DNA of 64,000 nucleotides from the IMG/VR virus record IMGVR_UViG_3300027816_000056, one strand, 5' to 3'. Position 1 is the first letter of the stretch; each line of letters starts with the position of its first letter. Position numbers and translations under genes: made by a program. This DNA is from a virus. The notes below the pieces were generated by a model that saw only the letters and a list, made by a program, of their open reading frames with translations, was not told the DNA's origin and did not search any database. Positions 39,294 through 49,092 of this stretch are shown one piece after another.

Positions 39294-40958
39294 TTAAAGA
39301 GTGTTTAATCCGTGTACGTATACTTTACCGTAGAATTCTGGACGAACTACTTTCTTCGCGTAACGTGTCATAACACCTTTACGTGGAGTAAAGTTAACTG
39401 GATCATATACAAGCGGAGTCATAATCAATGGAATATATGGAGAGAATACAGCACCTGTTTCAAGGAATTGCGAACCTCTGAAGCCCATTAAGATTACATT
39501 TTCTAACATGTATGGATTTTTATAAACCGTGTAGCGATTATTAATTGAACCAATTTTTTGTACACCTGCTGCAAATTCCATCTTTGTTCCATCAGTATCA
39601 GCAGCAAATCCAGGAATTGATTCAAGGATAGTTGCAACCGCAGGAGATGTTACTAGGAAGTTAGCACCACCACGCAATGTTTTTTGGTGAATCTTATTTG
39701 ATACTTTTTGCAGTTTAGTACCGAGAGTTTGGAACCAACCACCTTGTGTATTGTAATATCCATCACCAACCGCGGTTGCAGCGCCAGCACCTGATTGTGT
39801 AAATCCAGATCCGTTCCAGAAATTATTATTTAATGCTGACCAATACTCAGTTGTCGGAGCTGCGGCAATCAACATATCGAGAATTTCGAGATCAATTTCC
39901 ATTGATACATACTCAGAAAGCATTGAAGTCAATTCAGCTTCAGCATCAATTGAGTGGTACGCATTAAGATCTTGAGCAAATTCAGGAGTCCATACTGCTT
40001 TCAACTTACGAGTCTTAGCAACGATTGGCTCTGATTGCATTTCAAGATTGATTTCCGGAATATCAATATCTGTACCAACATTAATACCAGATTGACCGGA
40101 TCCTTTGAAAGGATTTTTATCTTCAAAATCTCCTCTAGTAATGTCAGTAGGTTGAATACTATAATTGATCTTTGGATTTGCAGATGCACTAACTAATGTA
40201 GCTAATGAAGAAGATTGTGCAGTAGTTACGATAAACGATGCAGTATAGTTACTATCAATTTTAGAAAATGCCTGTACAGGAATCAATTCAGTGTTTCCAG
40301 AACCTGATAATAATGTAAATGAACGAACTGCATATAAATCAGCATTAGTAGGAATAGGCATTGTAACTAAAGCGTATTGACTTGGCAAGAATGCACTATC
40401 AAAATTAAGAGATGCTGATGTAGCAGCTCCAATTGTAAATGATGCAAAACCTACAGATCCAGTTACGTTATTAATTGAATAACCAAAACGACCTGCACCA
40501 TAAAGACCGCCAGCTGCATCAGAACCGGTAGTAGTAACACCAAACATGGAATCTAATGCATTAGGATTACCAAATGGATCACCTGTACGAAGATTATTAT
40601 CATCATCAAATCCAGGCTGAGCTGTACCATACTTAAAATCTAGATAGAAGATAAGTCCTGATGGCAAGTTCATTGGCTGAACTGAAACGAATTCTTTTGC
40701 AGCAAATTCAGCAAAAATTCTTCTTACCAAAGGAAGTGCAACACCTGCCCATTCTTCTGATCCAGCCGTTGTCCCTGTAGAAGTTGCTTCTTTTACTAAT
40801 TGACGTGCTTGGTTTTCAAGCAATTGGGCCATACCTGCTCTTTCGGTTTCACCCTTAAGACCTTCCAATAGTCCGGTCTTTTCCCATTTTGCTGATAACG
40901 CTTTTGCTTGATTTCTTTGTACAAAATCGTTAGTTTGCAATAAATTTGAAATACTCAT
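39294..40958 (-). CDS. Major capsid protein (gp23-like)
   Basis: LLENQ, LVRR, VQPMNLPSGLIF, AKTRKLKA.W..E.AQDL.A.H.IDAE.EL, PYIPL, TRYA. Confidence 0.97.
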   Translation of the reverse strand: MSISNLLQTNDFVQRNQAKALSAKWEKTGLLEGLKGETERAGMAQLLENQARQLVKEATSTGTTAGSEEWAGVALPLVRRIFAEFAAKEFVSVQPMNLPSGLIFYLDFKYGTAQPGFDDDNNLRTGDPFGNPNALDSMFGVTTTGSDAAGGLYGAGRFGYSINNVTGSVGFASFTIGAATSASLNFDSAFLPSQYALVTMPIPTNADLYAVRSFTLLSGSGNTELIPVQAFSKIDSNYTASFIVTTAQSSSLATLVSASANPKINYSIQPTDITRGDFEDKNPFKGSGQSGINVGTDIDIPEINLEMQSEPIVAKTRKLKAVWTPEFAQDLNAYHSIDAEAELTSMLSEYVSMEIDLEILDMLIAAAPTTEYWSALNNNFWNGSGFTQSGAGAATAVGDGYYNTQGGWFQTLGTKLQKVSNKIHQKTLRGGANFLVTSPAVATILESIPGFAADTDGTKMEFAAGVQKIGSINNRYTVYKNPYMLENVILMGFRGSQFLETGAVFSPYIPLIMTPLVYDPVNFTPRKGVMTRYAKKVVRPEFYGKVYVHGLNTL

Positions 40959-40985
40959 TTTGTTTTTTCCTTTTCTTTTTTAATG

Positions 40986-42032
40986 TTATAGCAATCCTGC
41001 TAATTTTTTCCATCTGTTAGCTAACTCAAATCCTTCAGACAATACTTGAGTTGTTTCTTTTTTAGGAGCTGTGGTTGCAACTGGTTTAGATGCATACGAC
41101 TCTTTAACTACTCTTTTCTTAGTTGCTGGACGTTTGAATGATTCAGCTAACGTTGTAAATACTAATTTTACTTCTCTAGTGTTTCCTGCACGATCAAAGT
41201 TTTCAATTACTTTCATTTTTTGACCTTCATTCAACTCAAAATTGCGGAACAATTTGTTTGTGTAAAGAAGTTTTGCATTAAGAAGATTAACTTCGTTGAT
41301 GATGCTAGTAAGTTTTTTAACTGTTCGATAAGCTTCTTCAAGCTCTTCTTTCATTGTTTCAACTTCGCCATCAGTTCCTGCAGGTACTCCTACTTCTTCT
41401 TCAGCATCCATGTCATCTTCACGAAGAATAGCTTCAATAATTTCGTCGATTGATTCATCTAACTCTTCATCTTCGCCTTCTTCTAATTCTTTGTCATCAT
41501 CATGATGCATTCCCTCTGGCATTAGATCATCTTCTTCCTCTTCCATTTCTTCAGGCATTCCTGCTTCCAATTCGCGGATGATAGATTCTAATTCTAGATC
41601 TTCATCATCATGACCATAACCTTCATTGTACTCTGCATTCGCGTCTTCATCTGAAATTGGAGCTTCTTCGCCTGGAAGTTCTTCACCTCCTAGATCTTCT
41701 TCATCTCCACCAGCCATTCCGACTTGAAAATCATAATCTTGACCGCCTACTGTTGCTGACAATGAATCATCAGTCCAAGTAAAGTCTTCTTCTCCGCCTT
41801 CAGCTCCCATATCAGCTCCCATATCAGCATCAGCATCAACACCCATAGTGTCAGCTGCAGCATCTATTTCTTCTTCTTCGCCTTCGATTTCATTTGTTAG
41901 TTTTGTAGCTAACATTCTTTCTAGACGAGGAGCAAAAGCTTCTTGCAGAGCAATTTTTGCGTTTGCTAATGCAGTTTCTTTAACAGCATTTGCGTCGGCG
42001 ATTGCTTGTTTTAGCAAATCTGATTTTGCCAT
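40986..42032 (-). CDS. Prohead core/scaffold protein (gp22-like)
   Basis: Highly acidic, many [LIV]xE sites, EVNLLNAKL; directly upstream of MCP. Confidence 0.8.
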   Translation of the reverse strand: MAKSDLLKQAIADANAVKETALANAKIALQEAFAPRLERMLATKLTNEIEGEEEEIDAAADTMGVDADADMGADMGAEGGEEDFTWTDDSLSATVGGQDYDFQVGMAGGDEEDLGGEELPGEEAPISDEDANAEYNEGYGHDDEDLELESIIRELEAGMPEEMEEEEDDLMPEGMHHDDDKELEEGEDEELDESIDEIIEAILREDDMDAEEEVGVPAGTDGEVETMKEELEEAYRTVKKLTSIINEVNLLNAKLLYTNKLFRNFELNEGQKMKVIENFDRAGNTREVKLVFTTLAESFKRPATKKRVVKESYASKPVATTAPKKETTQVLSEGFELANRWKKLAGLL

Positions 42033-42065
42033 AATTGTTTTCCCCTAAATTTTTTTTTTTGGAAA

Positions 42066-42133
42066 TAAGATTATTCGAAATCTTAATAGAATATTTTATT
42101 TGGTATAGACGCTATATAAAGATTGAATAGCGT
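42066..42133 (-). promoter_or_regulatory. Two-hairpin 5' leader of the scaffold-capsid operon
   Basis: ACGCTAT..ATAGCGT and TAAGATT..AATCTTA stems downstream of CATATATATT (42141-42150). Confidence 0.5.
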
Positions 42134-42170
42134 ATTCTTTAATATATATGACACAGTTTGAAAAAACAGT

Positions 42171-42203
42171 AAAAAAGCCCTAACTTTTTACAGAAAGGGC
42201 TTT
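42171..42203 (-). terminator. Intrinsic terminator after rpsU
   Basis: AAAGCCCT...AGGGCTTT-TTT. Confidence 0.75.
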
Positions 42204-42216
42204 AATTAATTTTTTT

Positions 42217-42462
42217 TTATTTAGAATGCATATCTCGTATGTATTGTAAATAAGAAGCTTTAGAATGTTCTTGCCGTTTAACTACGCTAGGCTTGATGTA
42301 TTCTTTGTGTGCTTTAATTGTTTCTAATACACCTGATTGCTTTACTTTGCGTTTCCATGTTTTAAGTGCAGCTGCTAAATCTTCTCTACTACTTCCTGGT
42401 ACATGTACTGCTAATGAATTGCCAGGAACAATCATTTGATGTTGTTTTTGTTTTTTACTCAT
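42217..42462 (-). CDS. rpsU: Phage-encoded ribosomal protein bS21
   Basis: ALKTWKRKVKQSGVL...EYIKPSVVKR...KASYLQ matches the S21 consensus; located in the head gene cluster. Confidence 0.85.
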   Translation of the reverse strand: MSKKQKQHQMIVPGNSLAVHVPGSSREDLAAALKTWKRKVKQSGVLETIKAHKEYIKPSVVKRQEHSKASYLQYIRDMHSK

Positions 42463-42471
42463 ATATTGTGT

Positions 42472-42978
42472 TTAAATATTTTCTGGAGCTTGTGGTGTTG
42501 TACGTTGTGGCATTTTTTTCTCACCACGTACATTGAATCGAAAATGTTTGATTTCTGGTTTTTGTGCAATGTATCCTTGTATGCGTTGCGATTCTCTTGC
42601 AGGATCTTGCCCTAATCTAAAATAAAAATAACCAACTTTACCGGTAGGAGATATAGTATGTTTAACTACGGTAAATCCTTTACGCTCAGCCCATTCACGT
42701 ATTTCTTGTGCTACAGCTTTTGCCTCTGCAGGATCTCTAAGTACATATTCAACACCACCTCGATAATCGGTTATGTTATTAACTAATTGAGCTTCATCTA
42801 TTTCTTCAGAAGTCATGCCTTTCATTAAAGCTTGAGTCTTTTGTAGTTCTTTGTTATAGTTTGCTAAATTTACCGTATCTTTTGGATCTAATCCAGGAAC
42901 TACCGGATGTTTAGATGTTGGAGTTGATTGTTCCGTTAAACCAAAAAAGTCTCGATATAATTTTTTAAGTTTATTCAT
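42472..42978 (-). CDS. Hypothetical protein (possible head protein with LTE/IDE processing sites)
   Basis: Start placed at 42978 (MNKLKKL), downstream of TTTG-N20-TATATTAA at 42987-43018. Confidence 0.65.
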   Translation of the reverse strand: MNKLKKLYRDFFGLTEQSTPTSKHPVVPGLDPKDTVNLANYNKELQKTQALMKGMTSEEIDEAQLVNNITDYRGGVEYVLRDPAEAKAVAQEIREWAERKGFTVVKHTISPTGKVGYFYFRLGQDPARESQRIQGYIAQKPEIKHFRFNVRGEKKMPQRTTPQAPENI

Positions 42979-43018
42979 TTTATACCTTAATATAAGTAAA
43001 TTATGTATTCTATCCAAA

Positions 43019-43396
43019 TTAATTTACATCAAAATATTTATTAAGTCCTTGACCGATACTTTCATATGCCAATGCCATTCTGTGTTGTGCTTCATTCACT
43101 TCGCGAGCTGCATTTTCAAAATCTCTATAATCTTCACTTACTCGTTTAAAATATTTTTTATGTGCTTGATTAGATGCCCAATCATCACTTTCAGTCATTA
43201 TTCTTTCTGCACGTTCTACAATACGTTTAACGCGTTCAACAATTTCTTCCAAGTCACCTTTACCATAAACTGATTCTCCCATAGCAGAAAAATTGGCAAC
43301 TTCTTGTACGAATTGTTGTTTTTCTTCTCTAGACATTGGTTGTGGTTTGTCTTCTAATATTGTTTCCAATATAAACTTTAAATTTGGCGTTTTCAT
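43019..43396 (-). CDS. Hypothetical helical head-associated protein
   Basis: Start placed at 43396 (MKTPNLKFILE) just after the protease stop. Confidence 0.65.
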   Translation of the reverse strand: MKTPNLKFILETILEDKPQPMSREEKQQFVQEVANFSAMGESVYGKGDLEEIVERVKRIVERAERIMTESDDWASNQAHKKYFKRVSEDYRDFENAAREVNEAQHRMALAYESIGQGLNKYFDVN

Positions 43397-43397
43397 A

Positions 43398-44024
43398 TTA
43401 TATCCTACATTTTCCATCTTCACAGAGTATAGATGTAATTGCATCATGTACTCTTGCGTATTTATTTGTCGTTGTTTTATTTACTGATTCATTCATTCGT
43501 GTTGGTCGCATAAAAGCTCCATGTGTCGATGGATTTGATACAAAGTCCCAACAAATTAATTCAAAATCTTCTTGTACTTCTACAGTGCCTTCATTACGTA
43601 GTTCTTTTACAGATCCCAAACCACGTGATGATATTCCCAAAGTAATTCCTGCACGAAATAATTCTTTAAGGATTTTTCCCGAAGGTGTATCTAATACTTG
43701 AACCGTTCCAAGTAAATCATCACCATTCCACCATATTTTTAAAACGTTATGTGATACATTGTTCAAGTTAACTACAGATGATTCTGGATGATCTAACTCG
43801 CCTAATGCTCTATGCTGATCAATATATTCACGCTGATAACGTTGACATTCTCTTTGCAATATATGTTTAGGATATACTCGTCCGTTTTGGTTTTTAGCTC
43901 CTGCTCTTTGTAAAACTCCTTGCACTACAAAACCACCCGGTATTCCATATGCAGAACCATTTGATTCCGTTAAAGAACCAACAGGTCGAAATGGCATATA
44001 TTCTACTATAAGTTGTTTTGACAT
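43398..44024 (-). CDS. Prohead protease (gp21-like)
   Basis: NQNGRVYP, ALGELDHP, SHNV, TPSG.I, GISSRGLGS, DFVSNPS. Confidence 0.96.
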   Translation of the reverse strand: MSKQLIVEYMPFRPVGSLTESNGSAYGIPGGFVVQGVLQRAGAKNQNGRVYPKHILQRECQRYQREYIDQHRALGELDHPESSVVNLNNVSHNVLKIWWNGDDLLGTVQVLDTPSGKILKELFRAGITLGISSRGLGSVKELRNEGTVEVQEDFELICWDFVSNPSTHGAFMRPTRMNESVNKTTTNKYARVHDAITSILCEDGKCRI

Positions 44025-44025
44025 A

Positions 44026-44736
44026 TTATTCCCCTAATGATCTTACTCGTTCTGATATTTTGATTAATTTTTCTGAAATTTTTTGTAGTGCCTTTGTGGT
44101 GCTAGGTCCATATGCTGAGCTAGTTACTCCTGCTTCAGTTTTTAATCTGGTATTGTAATTTACCATAGTTTCAATTTCATGAAGTTTTTTAGCAATTTCT
44201 TGAATAGTCTTTTTAACTTTTTGTTCTGGGGATGTATCTTTATCACCCGTTACAAAATCACGATATCCCTCAATTAATTGTTCATATTTACGTTCTAGAA
44301 CTTCTTCTACTTTTAATGTATGTGGGTTTCCCACTTTCAATGTTTTATGTTTTTTAGTAGCGGTACCATGTCCTTTAGTATTATCTACAGAAGGATATTT
44401 ATATTCATCATGTTGCCAATCTGATTCATTCATTGAAAATGGAAATTTTGCCATATATTCTTCTTCTTCTGATTCTGGTCTTTGGTGATGATAATCATCC
44501 TTTAAAGAATAATTTGGAGGAGTATTAACTGATTCTTCTACACCAGATGCATATCCTACTCGTTTTACTTTTTTACGAAAAGCATTCGGTGTATTATATC
44601 CGGCAATAGCACCAGTAACATTTTGTTCATCAATTTCTTCATCACATTTGCATTGATCTTTTGGTTGACCACAATCATCGCAATGATTTTCTAATTCAAC
44701 AAATTTATCTTCTATTTCACGCAAAAATGATTTCAT
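44026..44736 (-). CDS. Putative prohead core protein
   Basis: Between portal and protease; many xxE sites; GYNTPNAF. Confidence 0.55.
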   Translation of the reverse strand: MKSFLREIEDKFVELENHCDDCGQPKDQCKCDEEIDEQNVTGAIAGYNTPNAFRKKVKRVGYASGVEESVNTPPNYSLKDDYHHQRPESEEEEYMAKFPFSMNESDWQHDEYKYPSVDNTKGHGTATKKHKTLKVGNPHTLKVEEVLERKYEQLIEGYRDFVTGDKDTSPEQKVKKTIQEIAKKLHEIETMVNYNTRLKTEAGVTSSAYGPSTTKALQKISEKLIKISERVRSLGE

Positions 44737-45584
44737 TATTTAACTTCTTTCAATTCACGAATTAAATCATAATATCTTAGCAACGATAAAACGTGTGATT
44801 CTTTTATCGTTTTTAAATTTTCAACATTGCACAACATTTCAGAAAGTTTTTGTACTTTTATCTTAATAACTTTGTCATCTACCGGTTTTGCAAGTTCTGC
44901 AAGTTCGCGTTTAATATTTGGTATTATGGTATGTACATACTCTCGCAATGTTGCTGTGTCATTAACGTGTGTAATGTATTTATTTAATAGTTGTTTTTGT
45001 GATTCATCTAATCCAGAATATTTTTCATTAAATTTATCAACAAGTAGTTTATACGTTAACAAACGCATTTCTTTTGGTTGTGATTCAAATTTTTCTAGAA
45101 CAGCATCTTTTGTAGGTTTAACACGTTCAACTATAAGTGAGTTTTCAATAATAGCACGTTTGCATTCTAACAATTGTTTTGGATTATCTGTTTCTTCATG
45201 TTCAAAAATCATGTTGATAGAAGCCAATACTTTGTAATTGCTAATATGCATTTTTGACATGTTTGCAAATATAAATCGATCTGATATTTCTTTAACTAAG
45301 TTATATCTTTGTCTTTTTAAAACAGATTGATTTAGTTTTGCATGTGCTGCTTTAACCGTACGTATGTAATCTAATGCCTGAGCTTCACTTCGAAATTGTT
45401 CTTTAAGTAGTGCATTGTATAGTTGCAATTCCTTTGACAATTCAGTATTACGTCCGAAATATTTTTTAATAATATCAATTGTTACTGATTTATTAGATGA
45501 TAATGTTTCCGAAGTTAATTTTCTAACCAACATTTCAAATAAAATACCAGTGTTTTTATATTTTGAATGTTTTAATTTCTTCAT
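44736..45584 (-). CDS. Head-module protein of unknown function
   Basis: KHSKYKNTGILFE; between portal and protease; late motif at 45610-45619. Confidence 0.65.
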   Translation of the reverse strand: MKKLKHSKYKNTGILFEMLVRKLTSETLSSNKSVTIDIIKKYFGRNTELSKELQLYNALLKEQFRSEAQALDYIRTVKAAHAKLNQSVLKRQRYNLVKEISDRFIFANMSKMHISNYKVLASINMIFEHEETDNPKQLLECKRAIIENSLIVERVKPTKDAVLEKFESQPKEMRLLTYKLLVDKFNEKYSGLDESQKQLLNKYITHVNDTATLREYVHTIIPNIKRELAELAKPVDDKVIKIKVQKLSEMLCNVENLKTIKESHVLSLLRYYDLIRELKEVK

Positions 45585-45626
45585 TTGTTATTCGGCGCCT
45601 TAATTTTTATATAAATATGGTTGTAA

Positions 45627-47459
45627 TTATAAAATATTGTTTTCATCTAGCATTGTGCCTGCGTCTAAATCTGTTTCTGTAGATTTCTTAAATGTTTCTG
45701 TAATAATACTTACTCCAGATTTACCTGACTTCATACCTTTTACAATGCTTTCTGTACGCGTTACTGATAATTTTGATTTGAAATTTGGATCAGGTTGATA
45801 CGTTGTTTTTCTTTGTTCTGGATTAAAAGTTTGCCTAACTTGTTTTGTCCCTGTAGGATCCCATCCAAACTCATTACGATGCTGTCCTGATTTTATTCCT
45901 TCAGGTGGACGACCTCCTTGATCTTTTTCTTCAACTTCTTTGCTTGACATATGTACCGTTGCTAAATCGTGTGGTGTTCCAAATGATACTCCCGTTACAG
46001 CAGGGTCATTACCTTCTTGTTCAATTTGATTTTGACGGAATCTAAGTTTAAGATCTTCTAAGACATCATTGCGTTCTTGCAACCATTGATCTTCGGACAT
46101 ATTGAATATAAACTCATAAATGTATCGATCTGAAACTAATTTGCTATCTTTCATTGCGTTTGCTAATGTAATTTTTTCATTCATTAACGCAACTTTTTGT
46201 TGGTCATAAATAATAGAAGGAGCTGTTAATTCTAACTCAAATCCAACTAAATCTTCTCCTTCAAAGCCTTGTGCATATAAATGTACAATAGCAACTTTTA
46301 CTAATTCTGATACTACAATTTTTTGTATGCGTTCAATAGTTCTAGCAAATCGAATATCAATTGATGCTAAGTTAACTTTGCCTTCTTGTGACTCACCATA
46401 ACCTAAAAATGGTTTAGGAATTTTAAGAGCGGCCATCATTTTATCTTTGATATATTCAATATCATCCATACCCGTAAAAGTCATTCCGGGCAATGTATCA
46501 ATTGTAGTAGATGATTGACCTCCACGAACTGGTAAGTAATAATCTTCCATCATGTTATTAAGATTAAATCTTAAATTGTAATTTCCAGTTTGTGGATCAA
46601 TATGTGGAATTTTTTTCATCTTATTGATAATTTGTTCCATGAAAGTATCAACTTCATTAGGAGGAATATTACCAATATCAATTTTAAAAATACGTTTTTC
46701 CGGAGCTCTCATGATACGATGTATTAACATTGCATCTTCCATCATCATTAATTTTTGAAATTCTTTACGAGCTCCTTCTAACATGGATCTACCGTACGGT
46801 AAAAAGTTAGAATCGGATAACATACGGAAATGTGCAATCTCAAATGTATCATATGTCATTTGTTCTGCAGCAACATTTTTAAATTTTATTTCATATTCGC
46901 CAGTAGCCTGATTATATTCTTCCCATCGCTCCATTTCATAACTAGAAAAAGGACGTGCATTGATAATTCCTATTTCTTCAGCAATATCTAATTTTAAAAA
47001 GAAATCACCATATTTGGTCATGTTTCGAATCCATGTCCACAGATTAAATTCTACATTTAAAACATCATAAAATAAATTGTATAGAATTTTTTGTATGCGA
47101 GTGTTGTTAGTTTTAATAGTAAGTATTTCTCCAAACTGATCTGCTAATGTAGATTCATCTGAATAAATATCTAATGCCGCAGATATAATTGGATCTTTAT
47201 CCATCATTTCATAATCAGCATAAAGCTGCATACGATTTTGATGCATATAATAGTTAGAATCATATCCACCCATACCTCCTACACGATGTTTATTAGCACC
47301 ATGCAGACGCATATATCGGTCCGCGACTTTGCTTTGAGCTAAATTTCCAACACCTTGTAAACGATTGGTATCTACTACTCGTAGTTTGTCTTTTCCATAC
47401 GCACGTACAACTACGTTAGTACTAAAAAGATTTTGTAAACGTTTTCTTAATGACGCCAT
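45627..47459 (-). CDS. Portal protein (gp20-like)
   Basis: MEDAMLIHRIMRAPEKRIFKIDIGN, EDYYLP.RGG, IDTLPG, ALKIP, DIRFAR. Confidence 0.96.
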   Translation of the reverse strand: MASLRKRLQNLFSTNVVVRAYGKDKLRVVDTNRLQGVGNLAQSKVADRYMRLHGANKHRVGGMGGYDSNYYMHQNRMQLYADYEMMDKDPIISAALDIYSDESTLADQFGEILTIKTNNTRIQKILYNLFYDVLNVEFNLWTWIRNMTKYGDFFLKLDIAEEIGIINARPFSSYEMERWEEYNQATGEYEIKFKNVAAEQMTYDTFEIAHFRMLSDSNFLPYGRSMLEGARKEFQKLMMMEDAMLIHRIMRAPEKRIFKIDIGNIPPNEVDTFMEQIINKMKKIPHIDPQTGNYNLRFNLNNMMEDYYLPVRGGQSSTTIDTLPGMTFTGMDDIEYIKDKMMAALKIPKPFLGYGESQEGKVNLASIDIRFARTIERIQKIVVSELVKVAIVHLYAQGFEGEDLVGFELELTAPSIIYDQQKVALMNEKITLANAMKDSKLVSDRYIYEFIFNMSEDQWLQERNDVLEDLKLRFRQNQIEQEGNDPAVTGVSFGTPHDLATVHMSSKEVEEKDQGGRPPEGIKSGQHRNEFGWDPTGTKQVRQTFNPEQRKTTYQPDPNFKSKLSVTRTESIVKGMKSGKSGVSIITETFKKSTETDLDAGTMLDENNIL

Positions 47460-47507
47460 ATTTCTTTTTTAATATAAATATAACCATGTTTAGAACCATG
47501 CAAGTTT

Positions 47508-49088
47508 TTAACGTATCAACCAAGTTAAATCTTGATCTCCGTCACCTGGATTCCAATTCCATCCGTTGTTTTGTTGAGTATTTTTGCCGGTATATATAAC
47601 TTCACTTGTTTTTGTAAACTGAGATAAAGCACGTTTATTTAAATCAATTCCTTGTTGACGAAGTTTTAAAGCGGTATCACGTAACCAAAGTGTAATAGCA
47701 AATGACATTACAAGGTCGTCATTATATCCTTGTTGTGCCTGTGCTTTGCCGTTCAACCAAACAAATACTAGTAATTCTTGTATAAGACGTTTACTTCGTA
47801 TTACGGGAGTTCGTTCTCGCATATACATTTCTAATGCTGATATCATTAATGGGCGTGTTCTACTAGTAGTTGATACTCCAGGAACCATTTGGCTCTTATC
47901 TTTCATATCATAGCCTTTTTTCAATTGAACCGATGCATCTGTATATCCGTCATCTTTATATGTATAATGTAGATTTTGATAACCTCGATCTAATGCCGGT
48001 TGAATTGCAGCCCAACCAATATTAGCATTTTCAATTGCTAGTAAAGCATTATTCCATTCTGTTGCAACCGTTACAAGCATATTACCAAAATCATTTGGTG
48101 CAATTTTACCTTTATATTCTGCAACTTGTCGTACTGATTCAACATCAAATATTTGAAATGTAGAATAATCTCCCCCATCACCTCGTGCAACGTCAGCTAC
48201 TACTGTGTAATCTTTTGCGTAGTCTGGATATTCCCATATCCAATAATTTCCATCAAATCCGCGTCTTTCAATCGGATCTTCTGTTTTAATGTCATATTCA
48301 AGCAACAATGGACCATCTACTACAGTATGACCAGAACTGACGAAGTCACAATCGCATTCTTGTGCCGCACCTCGTTCCCCTAATAATTGTGTTTGTTCAT
48401 CACGCCAGGCCTGGTCTCGTTCTGGATGTACGGTCCAATGCAATTTAATTGTATGAAATCCATTTATTCCAGCTTCCGCATCTGCCCATGTTTGATGAAA
48501 CCAATTACCAACACCATTTGGAGTTGATAATACAATTGCACCACCACCCGTTGATAGTGTTGCTTGTGATGCTATCCATATTTCTTCAATATTACGTATA
48601 AATGCTGCCTCATCCACAATTAGCAGTGATAATGCTTCTGAACGTGCACCGGTGGTTGCAGATGATACTGCTTTGATTTGTGAACCATTTTTAAATTTAA
48701 GTGATAATTTATTGTCAGCTTCAACTGTTCCTTTTAACCAACTTGGTAAATTATCGTGCATTACACGTACTTTAGTAACTAAGTTTTTTGCTACTTCTTG
48801 TGTTGTTGCAATAACAAGTACGTTAAAATCTTCTGCAAACAACATGCTCCATAGAGCAAATCCTGCTGAAAGAGTTGATATACCCAACTGACGAGACTTG
48901 AGAATAACATTGTATCTATTATCTCGTAGTTCTGTTAATGAATCTTCTTGAAATGGAAATAGATTAAATTTAATTTTACCACGTTTAGGATGTTGAATGT
49001 AACAATAGTTACGCATAAAAAATACAGGATCTTTAGCACATTGCATGTACTGTTGCTGTATTATTTGCTTTATGTTCGGCTGAGACAT
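47508..49088 (-). CDS. terL: Terminase large subunit (gp17-like)
   Basis: KSRQLGIST, VDEAAF, STPNG, QECDCDF, ADVARG, IENAN, NDDLVM. Confidence 0.96.
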   Translation of the reverse strand: MSQPNIKQIIQQQYMQCAKDPVFFMRNYCYIQHPKRGKIKFNLFPFQEDSLTELRDNRYNVILKSRQLGISTLSAGFALWSMLFAEDFNVLVIATTQEVAKNLVTKVRVMHDNLPSWLKGTVEADNKLSLKFKNGSQIKAVSSATTGARSEALSLLIVDEAAFIRNIEEIWIASQATLSTGGGAIVLSTPNGVGNWFHQTWADAEAGINGFHTIKLHWTVHPERDQAWRDEQTQLLGERGAAQECDCDFVSSGHTVVDGPLLLEYDIKTEDPIERRGFDGNYWIWEYPDYAKDYTVVADVARGDGGDYSTFQIFDVESVRQVAEYKGKIAPNDFGNMLVTVATEWNNALLAIENANIGWAAIQPALDRGYQNLHYTYKDDGYTDASVQLKKGYDMKDKSQMVPGVSTTSRTRPLMISALEMYMRERTPVIRSKRLIQELLVFVWLNGKAQAQQGYNDDLVMSFAITLWLRDTALKLRQQGIDLNKRALSQFTKTSEVIYTGKNTQQNNGWNWNPGDGDQDLTWLIR

Positions 49089-49092
49089 AAAT

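Noticed and set aside
42050-42060. T11 homopolymer as a phase-variation site
   Set aside because: Lies in an untranslated A-rich leader; more likely a translation enhancer, with no evidence of length variation.
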